A stretch of 57,378 bases of DNA from assembly GCA_964504365.1 (NCBI GenBank), contig CAZDDW010000001.1, positions 1-57,378 on the forward strand. The letters are read 5' to 3'. A program made the position numbers and the translations under genes. The notes under the pieces were generated by a model. The model made no database searches. It worked only from the letters and a program-made list of their open reading frames with translations, and was not told the DNA's origin. This DNA comes from an uncultured Gammaproteobacteria bacterium (lineage in GTDB: Bacteria > Patescibacteriota > Patescibacteriia > UBA9934 > CAZDDW01). This document shows, piece by piece, positions 46,703-56,413 of the stretch. Every line of letters begins with the position of its first letter. Position 1 is the stretch's first letter.

Positions 46703-47241
46703 CAGGTTTCCTTGTTCTCGTGAAGCAGGTCACCTTCGATCACCTCGAACATCACCTGTATCTGGTCGTAGATCTTCTTCAGCTTGATGCGGAAGGCTAT
46801 GGCGCACATTCCAAGCCCCAGAACCGCACTCAGGCAGCTGGCGGTCAGGATGTAGTTAAAAGGCATATCGACCACCAAGCTGACCACCCAGACCAGAGTA
46901 GTCATGATGACCAACTCGTACATGGTCAGGCTGGGCTTGCTCAGTTTCTTGGATTCGCTTAGGGCATGGTTCTGTCCAAGCCGCCGTTTGTTTCTCAGCT
47001 CGTCTGGTTGCTTTCGGTTTTGGATCATCAGTTTGATGATCCTGAGGAAGGTCGAAGACCGTTTTTTGCCACAGGTTTCGATGGCCTGGTCCCAGTTGGA
47101 CTGACGCAGGTGTTCGTGCACCTGACTGATCAACCGTCTCGACACTTTAAGGCCCCTGAAGGCCCAGGCCCGGCTGCCGAGCATGATCATCCAGACCAGG
47201 ATCGTTCCGATGCTGAGAAGGATGGAATACTTGTCTGACAT
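46702..47241 (-). CDS. membrane protein, MotA/ExbB-like topology
   Basis: SD AAGGAAG; TM - NWDQAIETC segment - two TMs. Confidence 0.7.
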   Translation of the reverse strand: MSDKYSILLSIGTILVWMIMLGSRAWAFRGLKVSRRLISQVHEHLRQSNWDQAIETCGKKRSSTFLRIIKLMIQNRKQPDELRNKRRLGQNHALSESKKLSKPSLTMYELVIMTTLVWVVSLVVDMPFNYILTASCLSAVLGLGMCAIAFRIKLKKIYDQIQVMFEVIEGDLLHENKET

Positions 47242-47250
47242 CTGTCTTCC

Positions 47251-47706
47251 TTAGCTGCTCAGATGCAAGGCCATGACGTTGGTGTCGTAGACCTTGAAGC
47301 CGAGCGACTCATAGAGTGCGACCGCTCTCAGGCGATCGGGGTTGCTGGGGTTGCTAGTCAACTTGAGATGACTCATGCCCAATCTAAGGGCTATGGCGAT
47401 TATCCTTTTGCAGATTTTTCGACCATTTCCGCGACCGCGGTGATTCTCATCAACTACAATGTCATCAACTAGTCCAGAGTAGCCAACCGGAATGTCCAGC
47501 TCACTGAGCGTACCCATACCAATCATCCGACCATCTTCAGTGCGGGCCACGAAGATCCTGCTTTTTCGAATCGATCGGCGCAGGCGTTCCTTGCTCAGAT
47601 CAAGCTCACGCGTTGTCAGCTGCCCAAGCAGGCTGATCATTGCTTCTATGTCATACTCCGGGCAATCTGGGCTGAGCTGTTCGATCCTATATTTATGAGC
47701 ACTCAT
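47251..47706 (-). CDS. GNAT family N-acetyltransferase
   Basis: VDDIVVDENHRGRGNG motif A; ALYESLGF. Confidence 0.9.
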   Translation of the reverse strand: MSAHKYRIEQLSPDCPEYDIEAMISLLGQLTTRELDLSKERLRRSIRKSRIFVARTEDGRMIGMGTLSELDIPVGYSGLVDDIVVDENHRGRGNGRKICKRIIAIALRLGMSHLKLTSNPSNPDRLRAVALYESLGFKVYDTNVMALHLSS

Positions 47707-47812
47707 CTTTTCTTCCTGGTTGAGATTTTGGAAAGTCCGTTGGTTGGCTAGGTTATCGTGAGATGGTGTTTTTGTCAATAACAAAAAGCTCCGAGCAGAG
47801 CTCGGGGCTTTT

Positions 47813-47889
47813 TGGTGGGTGTATGAGGATTCGAACCTCAGACCTCCACGATGTCAACGTGGCGCTCTAACCAACTGAGCTATACACCC
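47813..47889 (-). tRNA. tRNA-Val(GAC)
   Basis: gggtgta acceptor; ccacg-ttGACat-cgtgg; encoded CCA; terminator downstream. Confidence 0.96.
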
Positions 47890-48062
47890 TTGTGCGCAGG
47901 AATAATATCAATTAATAGCCTGCTTGTAAATAGCATCTAATTAAAACATTTCATAACCGATCGGTTATCAAATGTTAATGAAATAAGCTTATTTTGTTTG
48001 AGAAAAGCAAAGGTTGTTTTAAAGGTCAGATATAAAAGACCAGCGTGGTGCTGGTCATGAGT

Positions 48063-48539
48063 TCATGCGCGCAGGTCCATGAAAAATGTGGCTATAACAG
48101 CAATAGCTCTTCTGGTCTGCCCTTTGTCAAGATAGAAGTTTGAGCCGGTCAGGTCGATTAGGTCTTGCAGATCGTTTAGCAACCCATCAGCATTGCCATA
48201 GAGAATGATTGGTCCCAGACTGCTGGTGTGGGTATGCCAACGGGTTTGTTTGGGTTGGGCTGGTCGATGATAGACACCGATTTGTAGCAAGCGCGATGGT
48301 TGTGGGCGGTAACCAAGGATGACCGCACTGTGAGAAAAGCGACGGATAGTTCTGGGACGAGTAATCAGCTCCATGGTATGTGGTCCACGTTGCATGGTTC
48401 GACGAGCCCAGCGTCTGTTTTCTGTGGTTCTGATTGGTGTGATTTCAGCGTGGTCAACTCGGATACCAGCGGCTTCCAGCTGGCGACGTTGCCCTTCGTG
48501 TGCAACTACCAAATCCCGCGCGTGTCCGCTTAGTGGCAA
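48063..48539 (-). CDS. hypothetical protein
   Basis: AAGGAGG SD before TTG; no motif. Confidence 0.45.
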   Translation of the reverse strand: MPLSGHARDLVVAHEGQRRQLEAAGIRVDHAEITPIRTTENRRWARRTMQRGPHTMELITRPRTIRRFSHSAVILGYRPQPSRLLQIGVYHRPAQPKQTRWHTHTSSLGPIILYGNADGLLNDLQDLIDLTGSNFYLDKGQTRRAIAVIATFFMDLRA

Positions 48540-48618
48540 ACTCGACCTCCTTTGCGCTACAAGTGAAAGTGCTAAAAACAATTTAACATAAAATAAAATC
48601 CGCACCAAATGATGCGGG

Positions 48619-49878
48619 TCAGGACTTGTCCGGATGAAGTTCATGCTCGCGGATCGGTAGGGCGATCAAGACGAACAAGCAAAGGCCGACGCTGAGAGCC
48701 ACGACATAGTTCATGTTCATCGAAGCCAGATAACCAGCCAAGAAGAGCAGAGGTACGTCGATGAAGGCTTTGAGCGAGTTCAGGTTGGAGATCGTTGTCG
48801 AACGGCTCTCGTCTTCGATCCGGTCATTCATTGCCTTGGAGAACAGTGGTTCACGCATGGCGTGGAATACTGTTGCCAGATTGATCACCACAAAGGCGAC
48901 CCAACCGCTGCTGGTTAGCAGTGGTATGGCAAAGAAAATCAGACAGATCAGGGCGGTGCCGTTGATGATCCACGAAGCCTTGATTCGTTTTTCGAATCGG
49001 CCGATGAAGTAACGGGCGCAGAAGACCAGGGCAAAGTTGATCGAGGCGTACCAACCAAGCTGTATCACGTTCAGCCCACGCTCTACCAGGTATGGCTGAA
49101 GCATGCGCCAGACCAGGAACAGGGCAATAAAGACCAATAGCTTGTTCAGCACAGCTTTGAGCAACCAAGGATCTTTGCGAACCGTGGCCATGCTCTGGCG
49201 ATAGATCTGAATCACGTTGTGACCAAGCTTTTTCCGATGGATCGGCTCGGCCAAGAACGAGAGCAAGATCATTCCGAAGACCGCACCCAGGCAGTTGATC
49301 ATGAGCAGGACCTGGAATTGATCCTCGCGCAGGTCCTGGGCGATGTATGCTCCGGCCAATGCCCCGATAATTGGGAAGGCTACTCGTGAGGCCAGCTGCT
49401 TTCCGTAGCGTCCGTTCTGCTCTTTCCCTTTTCCTAGCTCAGTCAGGCTTTCGTAAAGCAAGGCCTCCTCAGTTCCTGAGAAACAGGAAAAGGCCGCGGC
49501 CATGCCCAGGAAAACCAAGGCAAAGTGCCAGGGACTGTGAGCGAACATCAGGACGACGTTGAAGGCCAGGAAGAAAAATGATCCAAGGATCAGGGTTTTC
49601 TTACGGCCAAGGCGATCAGCCAGGATGCCGGAAGGGATTTCTGTAAGGACCGCAGCTACAGACCAGATGATACTCAGCCAAAAGACCTGTTTCAGGTCCA
49701 GACCACGGCACTCGTAGAAGAGGACGATGATCGCGGAGAGCATCTTGATGTCCAGCATTGCTCTTCCCCAGAAGAGCAAGCGCGGATTGCGCGCAACTAG
49801 CTCTTTGGGAGGCATTTGGACTCCAAGGTTTGCAGGTTGTAGACCGCTGATAGTACTCTGGATCTTGGTTTTTGTCAA
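48619..49878 (-). CDS. MFS transporter
   Basis: EIPSGILADRLGRKKTL motif A; ~12 hydrophobic segments. Confidence 0.92.
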   Translation of the reverse strand: MTKTKIQSTISGLQPANLGVQMPPKELVARNPRLLFWGRAMLDIKMLSAIIVLFYECRGLDLKQVFWLSIIWSVAAVLTEIPSGILADRLGRKKTLILGSFFFLAFNVVLMFAHSPWHFALVFLGMAAAFSCFSGTEEALLYESLTELGKGKEQNGRYGKQLASRVAFPIIGALAGAYIAQDLREDQFQVLLMINCLGAVFGMILLSFLAEPIHRKKLGHNVIQIYRQSMATVRKDPWLLKAVLNKLLVFIALFLVWRMLQPYLVERGLNVIQLGWYASINFALVFCARYFIGRFEKRIKASWIINGTALICLIFFAIPLLTSSGWVAFVVINLATVFHAMREPLFSKAMNDRIEDESRSTTISNLNSLKAFIDVPLLFLAGYLASMNMNYVVALSVGLCLFVLIALPIREHELHPDKS

Positions 49879-49920
49879 CCCAAAAGAAAAACCCCTCGAA
49901 GCGTGTTCGAGGGGTTGAAG

Positions 49921-50421
49921 TCAGTCGCTCGCGGCTGCGAGTTCGGCTTTGAACTGAGTGACGTAGAAGCGAGCCAGGGCCCGGATCAGTTCCCAGGCGT
50001 CGGTCATGCTGACCTGGAAGGGTTCACCGTCCGGATGTCTTGCAGTGAGCAGATCATGCTGGCGATAGAGACGCTGCAGTTCCGGCCAGTTGGTCAGGTC
50101 CGGCAGCTCTCCTTTGGGTTTGAGTTCGACCAAGCCGGTCTGGAACTCCGGAGAGCAGCACACACTGACAGTGTGAGCCTCGTCAAAATCTTCTGCACAA
50201 CGCAGCTCGATGAAGAAGTGCACCTCACTTTTGCCCAGATCGCGTACGCCCCAGGTCAGGGTGAAGAATTCTACGCCGTTGTGCCGGCGTTCGCACCTGC
50301 TTGTCTTGAGTGGTCGCTCGGTCGTTCCATCGATCTCCAGACCGAGTTCGTCGGCCAGGAATGGTTCGAACTCGCGCATCCAAGCGATGATGGTTTCCAT
50401 CGCTTCCAGGTAAGAATGCAT
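49921..50421 (-). CDS. hypothetical protein (166 aa)
   Basis: SD AAGGA; co-oriented cluster ending in a terminator hairpin. Confidence 0.7.
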   Translation of the reverse strand: MHSYLEAMETIIAWMREFEPFLADELGLEIDGTTERPLKTSRCERRHNGVEFFTLTWGVRDLGKSEVHFFIELRCAEDFDEAHTVSVCCSPEFQTGLVELKPKGELPDLTNWPELQRLYRQHDLLTARHPDGEPFQVSMTDAWELIRALARFYVTQFKAELAAASD

Positions 50422-50431
50422 CAGGCTGTCC

Positions 50432-51031
50432 TTACTTTTCAGGTTTTTGTTGACGGGTTTCGTGTTCGGCCAGCAGGCGTTCGGTGTAGGTCAGGGGTCG
50501 TACGTAGCCAGGGAGCAGGTGTTCCAGACCTTGTTCCTCAACTGCGGTTTCGACTGCTCTCCAGACCCAGTGGTCAGAGAACATTTCCGGGCGTAGTTCA
50601 GCGATTGGAACCCAGTGTGGCTTTCCAGTGGTGGAATTGACCTGGTCGTCATCCAGCAGCTCGTCATCCGTGAAGCATTCGGCGATATACACCTCGACTT
50701 CTTGATCAAACGCTCCCTGAACCGTGAGACGGTCAGAGCAGTGGGCGAACAGTAGGCGGTTGTGATGGACACGGTCGACCAGGCGTGTTACTTCAAGACC
50801 GGTTTGGTTAAGCACGCTGATTGACAGAGCCAAGAGTGTGCCTCTGCCATCCTCGTTGGTTCCGCCTGGTAAGAAGTACTTATCCTGTGCATTCGTCTGG
50901 AGCAGCAGAATGTGTCCCACACTGAACAAGACACCGTAAACACTACGGCGTTGGACCAACAGGGTCTCGGGAATCAGGATCGGCCCGTACAGTGAAGCAC
51001 AGACCTTGAGTTCGAGCTGTCTCCACCTCAC
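50432..51031 (-). CDS. NUDIX-fold protein with degenerate Nudix box
   Basis: RRSVYGVL..ILLL...YFLPGG..E.G..L...V..QTGL. Confidence 0.55.
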   Translation of the reverse strand: MRWRQLELKVCASLYGPILIPETLLVQRRSVYGVLFSVGHILLLQTNAQDKYFLPGGTNEDGRGTLLALSISVLNQTGLEVTRLVDRVHHNRLLFAHCSDRLTVQGAFDQEVEVYIAECFTDDELLDDDQVNSTTGKPHWVPIAELRPEMFSDHWVWRAVETAVEEQGLEHLLPGYVRPLTYTERLLAEHETRQQKPEK

Positions 51032-51041
51032 GGTTTTTCTC

Positions 51042-51368
51042 CTAGCGTCCGATCATGGCGATGCGGATGATTCCTTCGACCTCGGTCTTGAATCGCCTGA
51101 AAGCAGCTTCGTCAAAGTTCTTTTTGGCGCAGATCAAGTCAATCTGACAGGTTTCGACAGTGGTCAGTTCCGTAACCTCCAGCTGACGATCCCGCTCTTG
51201 CTCTTGGTCAACGCCAAACGCGGTTACGTCTGGACCGATGAACATCCTGCACGAGAACGGAGCAGGCGGTATGGCGATGTCGAATAGTTCGGTCAGCAGG
51301 TCTCTGATCATGAAGTGTCTGATCATTTCGTCAGGTGTTTCAGGTCTTCTGGTGCTTGGTCTGGGCAT
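51042..51368 (-). CDS. hypothetical protein (108 aa)
   Basis: SD GGAGG; co-oriented. Confidence 0.65.
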   Translation of the reverse strand: MPRPSTRRPETPDEMIRHFMIRDLLTELFDIAIPPAPFSCRMFIGPDVTAFGVDQEQERDRQLEVTELTTVETCQIDLICAKKNFDEAAFRRFKTEVEGIIRIAMIGR

Positions 51369-51391
51369 CTTTGCCTCCGGATTGGAAAGGG

Positions 51392-52528
51392 CTATATAGA
51401 AATGGCTTCCTTAATTTTTGGAACCAATTCTTTTTCTACTTTTACAATGTTTTTACCAATAAAGCAAACTCGGGCTTCTTCGCGAGTGCCGGCTGGTTTG
51501 AACGGGGCAGCTAGAGCGATCGCATCGTGTGGTCGTTCGGTTCGGATAATTCCGCAGATATTTTTGTCTGCATCTTCGTACAACAAGATTGACACTTTTG
51601 CTTCTGGTGAACTGGCCAGCAGCTCATCAACCACATCTGGTAGATCAGACTCTTCAGCACCAGCGTGCATGAAGTCTTGTTGTGAAAGCAAGGTCCAGAC
51701 TAGTCCAGAGTCACTGTCTGACTTTAGACGAGCCAAGGCCCGGCCCCACAAGCGCAGCGTTTCCACTGATCGAGTGCGGAACAAGTTTTCCACGATCTCA
51801 TCGCGACGCGCACCAAGTCCCATCAAATCCGAAGCAGTTTGCAAAGTTCGTGGAGTAACGTTTGGAGTTTTAAAACTTTTTGTCTTAGCAATCATGCCAG
51901 CCAAGAAAGCAGTAGCGATCTCTTCATCCAACAACTGTGCCTCGTTCTCATTCAAGAAATTATGACAAACCTCGCTACAAGCAGTCGCAGTGGTATCAAC
52001 CAAATTATACTGACCAAAGTGTTCGTTGGCAGGTGAGTGGTCGATGTTAATGATCGGCACTTTATAAAAGAAATCCTTATGTTGTTCAAACAAGTGCACA
52101 TGAGCGTTCAGATCTTGAGCACCAATTGAGATAATCAGATCATGGCGGTAAGTTGATCGCTCAGTTCGCAAGTCATTATCGTTCCAAGTTCCAGATCGCG
52201 GTGTTAAATGTATATGTAGCTCATCGCCTTCAACGTTATACTTTAGCTCATCAACTTTTGTATCAGCAACATTTAGTTTCAAGGTCAGAGTCTCGATTCC
52301 GTCCAGGCTTGGCTGAACCTGTTCTGACTCAGAAATAAAATGTAGCTGCTTAGGTGCAGGACCTTCAGCAGCCACGATCTCAACTGGCTTATCTAATTTA
52401 GCAATTGCCTTTGAAATTCCAATAGCAGAAGCGTATCCATCAGCTCCGGTTCCTGTGGGTACAACAATAAGCGGCTGTTTAGCACGCTTGATCGCTTCAA
52501 AAATTTGTTGTTTTTCATTAAGTGCCAT
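51392..52528 (-). CDS. DHH/DHHA1 family phosphoesterase (NrnA-like, diverged)
   Basis: ADGYAS, IINIDHS..N..FG..NLVD, GMIAKTKSF. Confidence 0.8.
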   Translation of the reverse strand: MALNEKQQIFEAIKRAKQPLIVVPTGTGADGYASAIGISKAIAKLDKPVEIVAAEGPAPKQLHFISESEQVQPSLDGIETLTLKLNVADTKVDELKYNVEGDELHIHLTPRSGTWNDNDLRTERSTYRHDLIISIGAQDLNAHVHLFEQHKDFFYKVPIINIDHSPANEHFGQYNLVDTTATACSEVCHNFLNENEAQLLDEEIATAFLAGMIAKTKSFKTPNVTPRTLQTASDLMGLGARRDEIVENLFRTRSVETLRLWGRALARLKSDSDSGLVWTLLSQQDFMHAGAEESDLPDVVDELLASSPEAKVSILLYEDADKNICGIIRTERPHDAIALAAPFKPAGTREEARVCFIGKNIVKVEKELVPKIKEAISI

Positions 52529-52671
52529 GACTTTGGTGAGTCAGTTTTCCTCTCTCCTCTCGACAAAGCATGGGGGAAGAAAGTACTTTACAACAGGTGT
52601 AAAATTAGGTCAAGTCTTTGTGTCTGAGGGGCTTGTCATCAGGACAAATTTAAGCTAAACTAGGTTGTGTT

Positions 52672-55374
52672 ATGGATAAAACAAACATACCAAAGGCGTA
52701 CGACGCCAAGCAAGTTGAAGATAAGATTTATTCCGCTTGGGAAAAGAGCGGACTTTTTAATCCGGACAATGCTCCGGACCGTGATAAGCGCAAAGAGTCG
52801 TTTTCTATTGTCTTGCCATTACCGAACGTGACCGGGACTTTGCATCTGGGGCATGCGGCCATGTTGGCCATTGAAGACATCATGACTCGTTATGCGCGTT
52901 TGCAAGGTAAGGATACATTATGGATTCCAGGGACTGATCATGCGGCTATTGCGACTCAGACTAAAGTAGAGAAACTGTTGATGAAGGAGGGGATGGAAGA
53001 TCCACGCAAGGAGCTCGGTCGAGAAAAGTTTTTGCAACGAGTTGATAAGTTTGCTCAGGAGTCGCATGATACGATTGTTAATCAGGTGCGTAAGATGGGG
53101 GCGTCGATTGACTGGTCGCGTGAGGCGTTTACTTTGGATGAGACTCGAACTACTGCTGTGCTGACTGTGTTTAAGAAAATGTACGATGACGGTTTGATTT
53201 ATCGCGGCCACCGGATTGTTAACTGGTGCCCACGTTGTCATTCAACGCTGGCTGATGATGAGGTTGAGTACAAAGAGGCTCAGGGCAAGATGTACACTTT
53301 TAAATATTCACACGATTTTCCATTTACGATTGCTAGCACGCGACCGGAGACTAAGCTTGGTGATACTGCCGTGGCTGTGCATCCGGATGATAAGCGATAT
53401 AAAGAATTTGTTGGGCAGGAGATCGAGACAGAGTTTTGTGGCCAGCCAATCAAGTTAAAGATTATAGCTGACAAAGCAGTTGACCCAGAACTTGGGACTG
53501 GAGCGCTTGGTGTTACCCCAGCGCATTCGCACATTGATGCAGATATGGCTGCTCAGCACGACCTGGAAACTGTGCAAGTGATTGATGAAGATGGAAACAT
53601 TGTTCAAGGTATGAAGGTCTTTGCTGGTATGGCGGCTGAGAAGGCTCGAGAGCAGATTGTTCAGTATTTGGAAGAGCAGGGGTTGATGGAAAAGATCGAG
53701 GATGCTCCGCATAATTTGTCTTTGTGTTATCGCTGTGACAGTGTGATCGAGCCGATTCCGTCGCACCAGTGGTTTATTAATGTGAACAAGGAATTTGCTT
53801 TCAAGCAGTCAAAGTCACATCCGATTGATGGATTAAAAGATGGAGACAAGGTTACTTTGAAAAAGTTGATGCAGCATGTGGTTCGGAAAAATCAGATTGA
53901 GATTATTCCTGATCGATTTAACAAAACCTACTTCCACTGGATCGACAACTTGCGTGACTGGTGTATTTCTCGTCAGATTTGGTACGGACACAGGATTCCG
54001 GTTTGGTATCGTGGGGAAGAGACTTATGTTGGCATTGAAGAGCCAGAAGGTGAAGGTTCCTCCTCCGCCAAGGCTTCGGAGGACAAGTGGGAGCAGGATC
54101 CGGATACGCTGGACACATGGTTTTCTTCAGGGCTTTGGACTTTTTCAACTCTGGGCTGGCCAGAGGAAACCGAGGACATGAAACGATATCATCCAACGGC
54201 AATGCTTGAGACTGGATATGATATTTTGTTTTTCTGGGTGGCTAGGATGATTTTAATGACAACTTATAATTTGGGCGAGATTCCTTTTAAGCAAGTTTAC
54301 TTACATGGTTTGGTTCGAGATGAAAAAGGGCGCAAGATGTCCAAGTCTTTGGGGAATGTGATTGATCCATTAGATGTGATTCCTAAATATGGAACTGATG
54401 CAGTGCGCTTGTCACTTGTGATCGGTACATCGCCAGGGAACGATACAAAGTTGTCAGAAGAAAAGATTGCTGGGTATCGGAATTTTACAAATAAGCTTTG
54501 GAATATTTCACGGTTTGTTCTGACGAGTGTTACGAAAGTTTCGAGTGTTGAGAAGGTTTCGGGGGTAACACTGGCTGATAAATGGATCTTGAGTCGGTTT
54601 GGGCAAGTAGTCGACGAAGTGACGGCTAAGCTGGACAAGCATGAGTTTTCGCAAGCCGGGGAATTGCTACGTGATTTTACTTGGAATGAGTTTGCTGATT
54701 GGTACTTGGAGATCGCCAAGATCCAGCGCAAGGATCAGGAAACAAAAGTCAGTACTGATCGGATACTATTATATATACTCGAGCGTGTGCTGGTTATGTG
54801 GCATCCGTTTATGCCTTTTGTGACCGAGGAGATCTGGAAGATGTTTGGTTCTGATGAATTTATGATGATGCACGCCTGGCCGAAAGTTTCGAACAATCAA
54901 GACAAAGAATCTGAGACTAAGTTCGAGCTGTTGCGTGAAGTTGTTTCATCAATCCGTAATCTACGTGCTGAGTATCGAGTTGATCCTGGGCAAAAGATCC
55001 CAGTGCATTTGGTTAGTAAGAAAGATAAAGTGTTTTTGGAAGAGCAGATCGAAACTATTCGCATCTTGGCTCGGGTTACTCCAGTGCATGTTGAGACTGA
55101 TTTGGAAAAACCAGAAGGTGCTGTTTCTGCTGTGGTTGGCCAGGTGCAGATTTATTTGCCACTTGCTGGTATTATAGATGTAGATAAAGAAAAGACTCGT
55201 TTAGCTAAAGAGCTTGAAGGCGCTGAACAGTATCTGGAAAGCCTGGAGAAGCGTTTGGCCAACAAGAGTTTTGTTGCCAAGGCGCCAGAGAAAATGGTTA
55301 GCGACATTAAACAAAAGAAAGTTGACGCTGAGGAGAAAGTTCAAAGAATAAAAAAACAATTAGCATCATTATAA
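52672..55374 (+). CDS. valS: valine--tRNA ligase
   Basis: PNVTGTLHLGH, DWCISRQIWYGHRIP, KMSKS, coiled-coil tail. Confidence 0.98.
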   Translation: MDKTNIPKAYDAKQVEDKIYSAWEKSGLFNPDNAPDRDKRKESFSIVLPLPNVTGTLHLGHAAMLAIEDIMTRYARLQGKDTLWIPGTDHAAIATQTKVEKLLMKEGMEDPRKELGREKFLQRVDKFAQESHDTIVNQVRKMGASIDWSREAFTLDETRTTAVLTVFKKMYDDGLIYRGHRIVNWCPRCHSTLADDEVEYKEAQGKMYTFKYSHDFPFTIASTRPETKLGDTAVAVHPDDKRYKEFVGQEIETEFCGQPIKLKIIADKAVDPELGTGALGVTPAHSHIDADMAAQHDLETVQVIDEDGNIVQGMKVFAGMAAEKAREQIVQYLEEQGLMEKIEDAPHNLSLCYRCDSVIEPIPSHQWFINVNKEFAFKQSKSHPIDGLKDGDKVTLKKLMQHVVRKNQIEIIPDRFNKTYFHWIDNLRDWCISRQIWYGHRIPVWYRGEETYVGIEEPEGEGSSSAKASEDKWEQDPDTLDTWFSSGLWTFSTLGWPEETEDMKRYHPTAMLETGYDILFFWVARMILMTTYNLGEIPFKQVYLHGLVRDEKGRKMSKSLGNVIDPLDVIPKYGTDAVRLSLVIGTSPGNDTKLSEEKIAGYRNFTNKLWNISRFVLTSVTKVSSVEKVSGVTLADKWILSRFGQVVDEVTAKLDKHEFSQAGELLRDFTWNEFADWYLEIAKIQRKDQETKVSTDRILLYILERVLVMWHPFMPFVTEEIWKMFGSDEFMMMHAWPKVSNNQDKESETKFELLREVVSSIRNLRAEYRVDPGQKIPVHLVSKKDKVFLEEQIETIRILARVTPVHVETDLEKPEGAVSAVVGQVQIYLPLAGIIDVDKEKTRLAKELEGAEQYLESLEKRLANKSFVAKAPEKMVSDIKQKKVDAEEKVQRIKKQLASL
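54058..54087 (+). repeat. palindromic repeat inserted in-frame in valS
   Basis: tcctcctccgccaaggcttcggaggacaag; similar copy at 31687-31712. Confidence 0.7.
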
Positions 55375-55375
55375 T

Positions 55376-56410
55376 ATGGAGGAATATCTACAAAACCAAT
55401 ACGTGGTTGCAGTACTAATTATCATCGGTACAGCTATTGTTGCTCAGCTTGCAGCTTGGTTGCTGCAACTGGTGCGCATGTTAACCACCAAGTCAAAGAC
55501 CAAGCTCGACGACTACATTATTAAAGCCATTGCCAAGATCGTTCGTCTAGGATTGATTGTGGCCGGTGTTTTGTATGCTGTTTATTATCTGTGGCCAGAT
55601 GCAGCACTTGGTTCATATCTATTAAGCGATCTGTACATCGTGATTGGATTCATTTGGGGAGGTTTGGCTGTGCAAAAATTAGAGCGTGCTATTTCTAAGT
55701 GGTACACCGATGAAATGGGGAGCAAGACTGGCAAGTCCGGACAGACCATCTTTAGTTTTATTGACAGCTTGTCAGCTATGGGGATTTGGTTAGTTGTTTT
55801 GATGTTGATCTTGCAGCGCTTTGGGGTGGAGATCGGGCCGTTGTTGGCTGGTTTGGGAATTTTTGGTGTGGCCTTGGCTCTTGGGTTGCAGGATACTTTA
55901 TCTGGAATTTTTTCAGCTTTGTATATCGCAGTAGATCAGCCACTGCGTATTGGTGATTATGTTCGGCTGTCAGATGGTACAGAGGGCTTTGTTGAAGATA
56001 TTAGCTGGCGCTCAGTTCGTTTGGAAACCTTTGCTGAGAATATAATTGTTGTACCTAATAGCCAGATTGCCAAAATGACAATAAAGAACTACTATTTACC
56101 AAAGCCTAGAACTGGGGCAGTTGTTCCGTTTGGTGTTTCCTATGATGTTGATCTTGATAAAGTAGAAAAAGCCGCATTGGACGAAGCAGAAAAGGTAATG
56201 AAGAAGTTAGGGGTTGAGGATTATGAGCCAGTGTTCCGAGTTGATGAGTTTGGTGATTCCTCGATTAATTGTAAGGTGATTCTGCGGGCTGGTGAATATG
56301 CTGACCGCGGCGAGCTAATGTCTGAAGTGATGAAGTCCTTGAAGAAACGATTTGACAAAGAGAAGATCGAAATTCCATTTCCACAAATTGATGTACACAA
56401 TAAAAAATAA
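55376..56410 (+). CDS. small-conductance mechanosensitive channel (MscS family)
   Basis: LLAGLGIFGVALALGLQD, RIGDYV, VPNSQI, IEIPFPQ. Confidence 0.92.
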   Translation: MEEYLQNQYVVAVLIIIGTAIVAQLAAWLLQLVRMLTTKSKTKLDDYIIKAIAKIVRLGLIVAGVLYAVYYLWPDAALGSYLLSDLYIVIGFIWGGLAVQKLERAISKWYTDEMGSKTGKSGQTIFSFIDSLSAMGIWLVVLMLILQRFGVEIGPLLAGLGIFGVALALGLQDTLSGIFSALYIAVDQPLRIGDYVRLSDGTEGFVEDISWRSVRLETFAENIIVVPNSQIAKMTIKNYYLPKPRTGAVVPFGVSYDVDLDKVEKAALDEAEKVMKKLGVEDYEPVFRVDEFGDSSINCKVILRAGEYADRGELMSEVMKSLKKRFDKEKIEIPFPQIDVHNKK

Positions 56411-56413
56411 TCT

